This document shows positions 63,740-64,000 of a DNA stretch of 64,000 nt, piece by piece. Source of the DNA: Octopus sinensis. Lineage: Eukaryota. The first letter of the stretch is position 1; each line of letters opens with the position of its first letter. The translations under genes were made by a program, and so were the position numbers. The stretch spans positions 187,922,001 to 187,986,000 of the forward strand of contig NC_042997.1 in the NCBI RefSeq assembly GCF_006345805.1, given 5' to 3'. The notes under the pieces are model-generated. The model was not told where the DNA came from and did not search any database. It saw only the letters and a list, made by a program, of their open reading frames with translations.

Positions 63740-64000
63740 ATGATTGGTTTCCAAAAGGCTTTTGATATGATCCATAGGGATAAGCTAACAGATATTCTGG
63801 TCACTTATGGAATCCCCAGGAAAATGGTCTCAACTATTGAAGTGTTCTACAAAGACACTTCTGTAAAGATATTATCTCCTGATGGTGATACTGAGTTCTT
63901 TGAAATTTTGGTAGGAGTACTTCAAGGTGACAACCTGGCCCTCTCTCTATTTATAAAAGTACTAGACTATGCAATGAGAAAGCAACAAAAGAAGATGAAT
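63740..64000 (+). pseudogene. RTE-like LINE RT fragment running off the window
   Basis: IGFQKAFDMIHRDKL...YGIP...GVLQGDNLA...FIKVLDYAMR. The frame is open to the window end and degenerate upstream. Confidence 0.85.

Overview
AT-rich, repeat-saturated animal DNA. The repeat families resemble those of octopus/coleoid cephalopods, which is an inference from recalled repeats and not a database result. No intact protein-coding gene can be supported. Nearly every ORF in the track is a decayed transposon fragment or a microsatellite artefact. The window holds RTE-type and CR1/L2-type LINE fragments, tRNA-derived SINEs, several Tc1/mariner relics (one full-length at 57275-58555), a piggyBac-type MITE, four Penelope-like element (PLE) relics and many microsatellites. 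A CpG-rich, TE-poor block at about 41.0-44.7 kb looks like a host promoter region. The main finding is a set of type I hammerhead ribozyme (HHR) motifs in small non-coding mobile units near the PLE relics: (i) a 354-bp highly structured monomer with terminal direct repeats at 10451-10888, resembling a retrozyme copied from a circular RNA; (ii) a 498-bp fold-back element at 7339-7836 with one HHR per arm; (iii) an HHR in a 200-bp TA-embedded unit at about 56.0 kb. Each genomic HHR copy has at least one core or stem defect, so activity is untested. Other points of note are a PHD-type zinc finger inside an RTE reverse transcriptase, a young 67-bp VNTR with a 134-bp higher-order pattern, and candidate recursive splice sites. 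Boundaries of old fragments are approximate (tens of bp).
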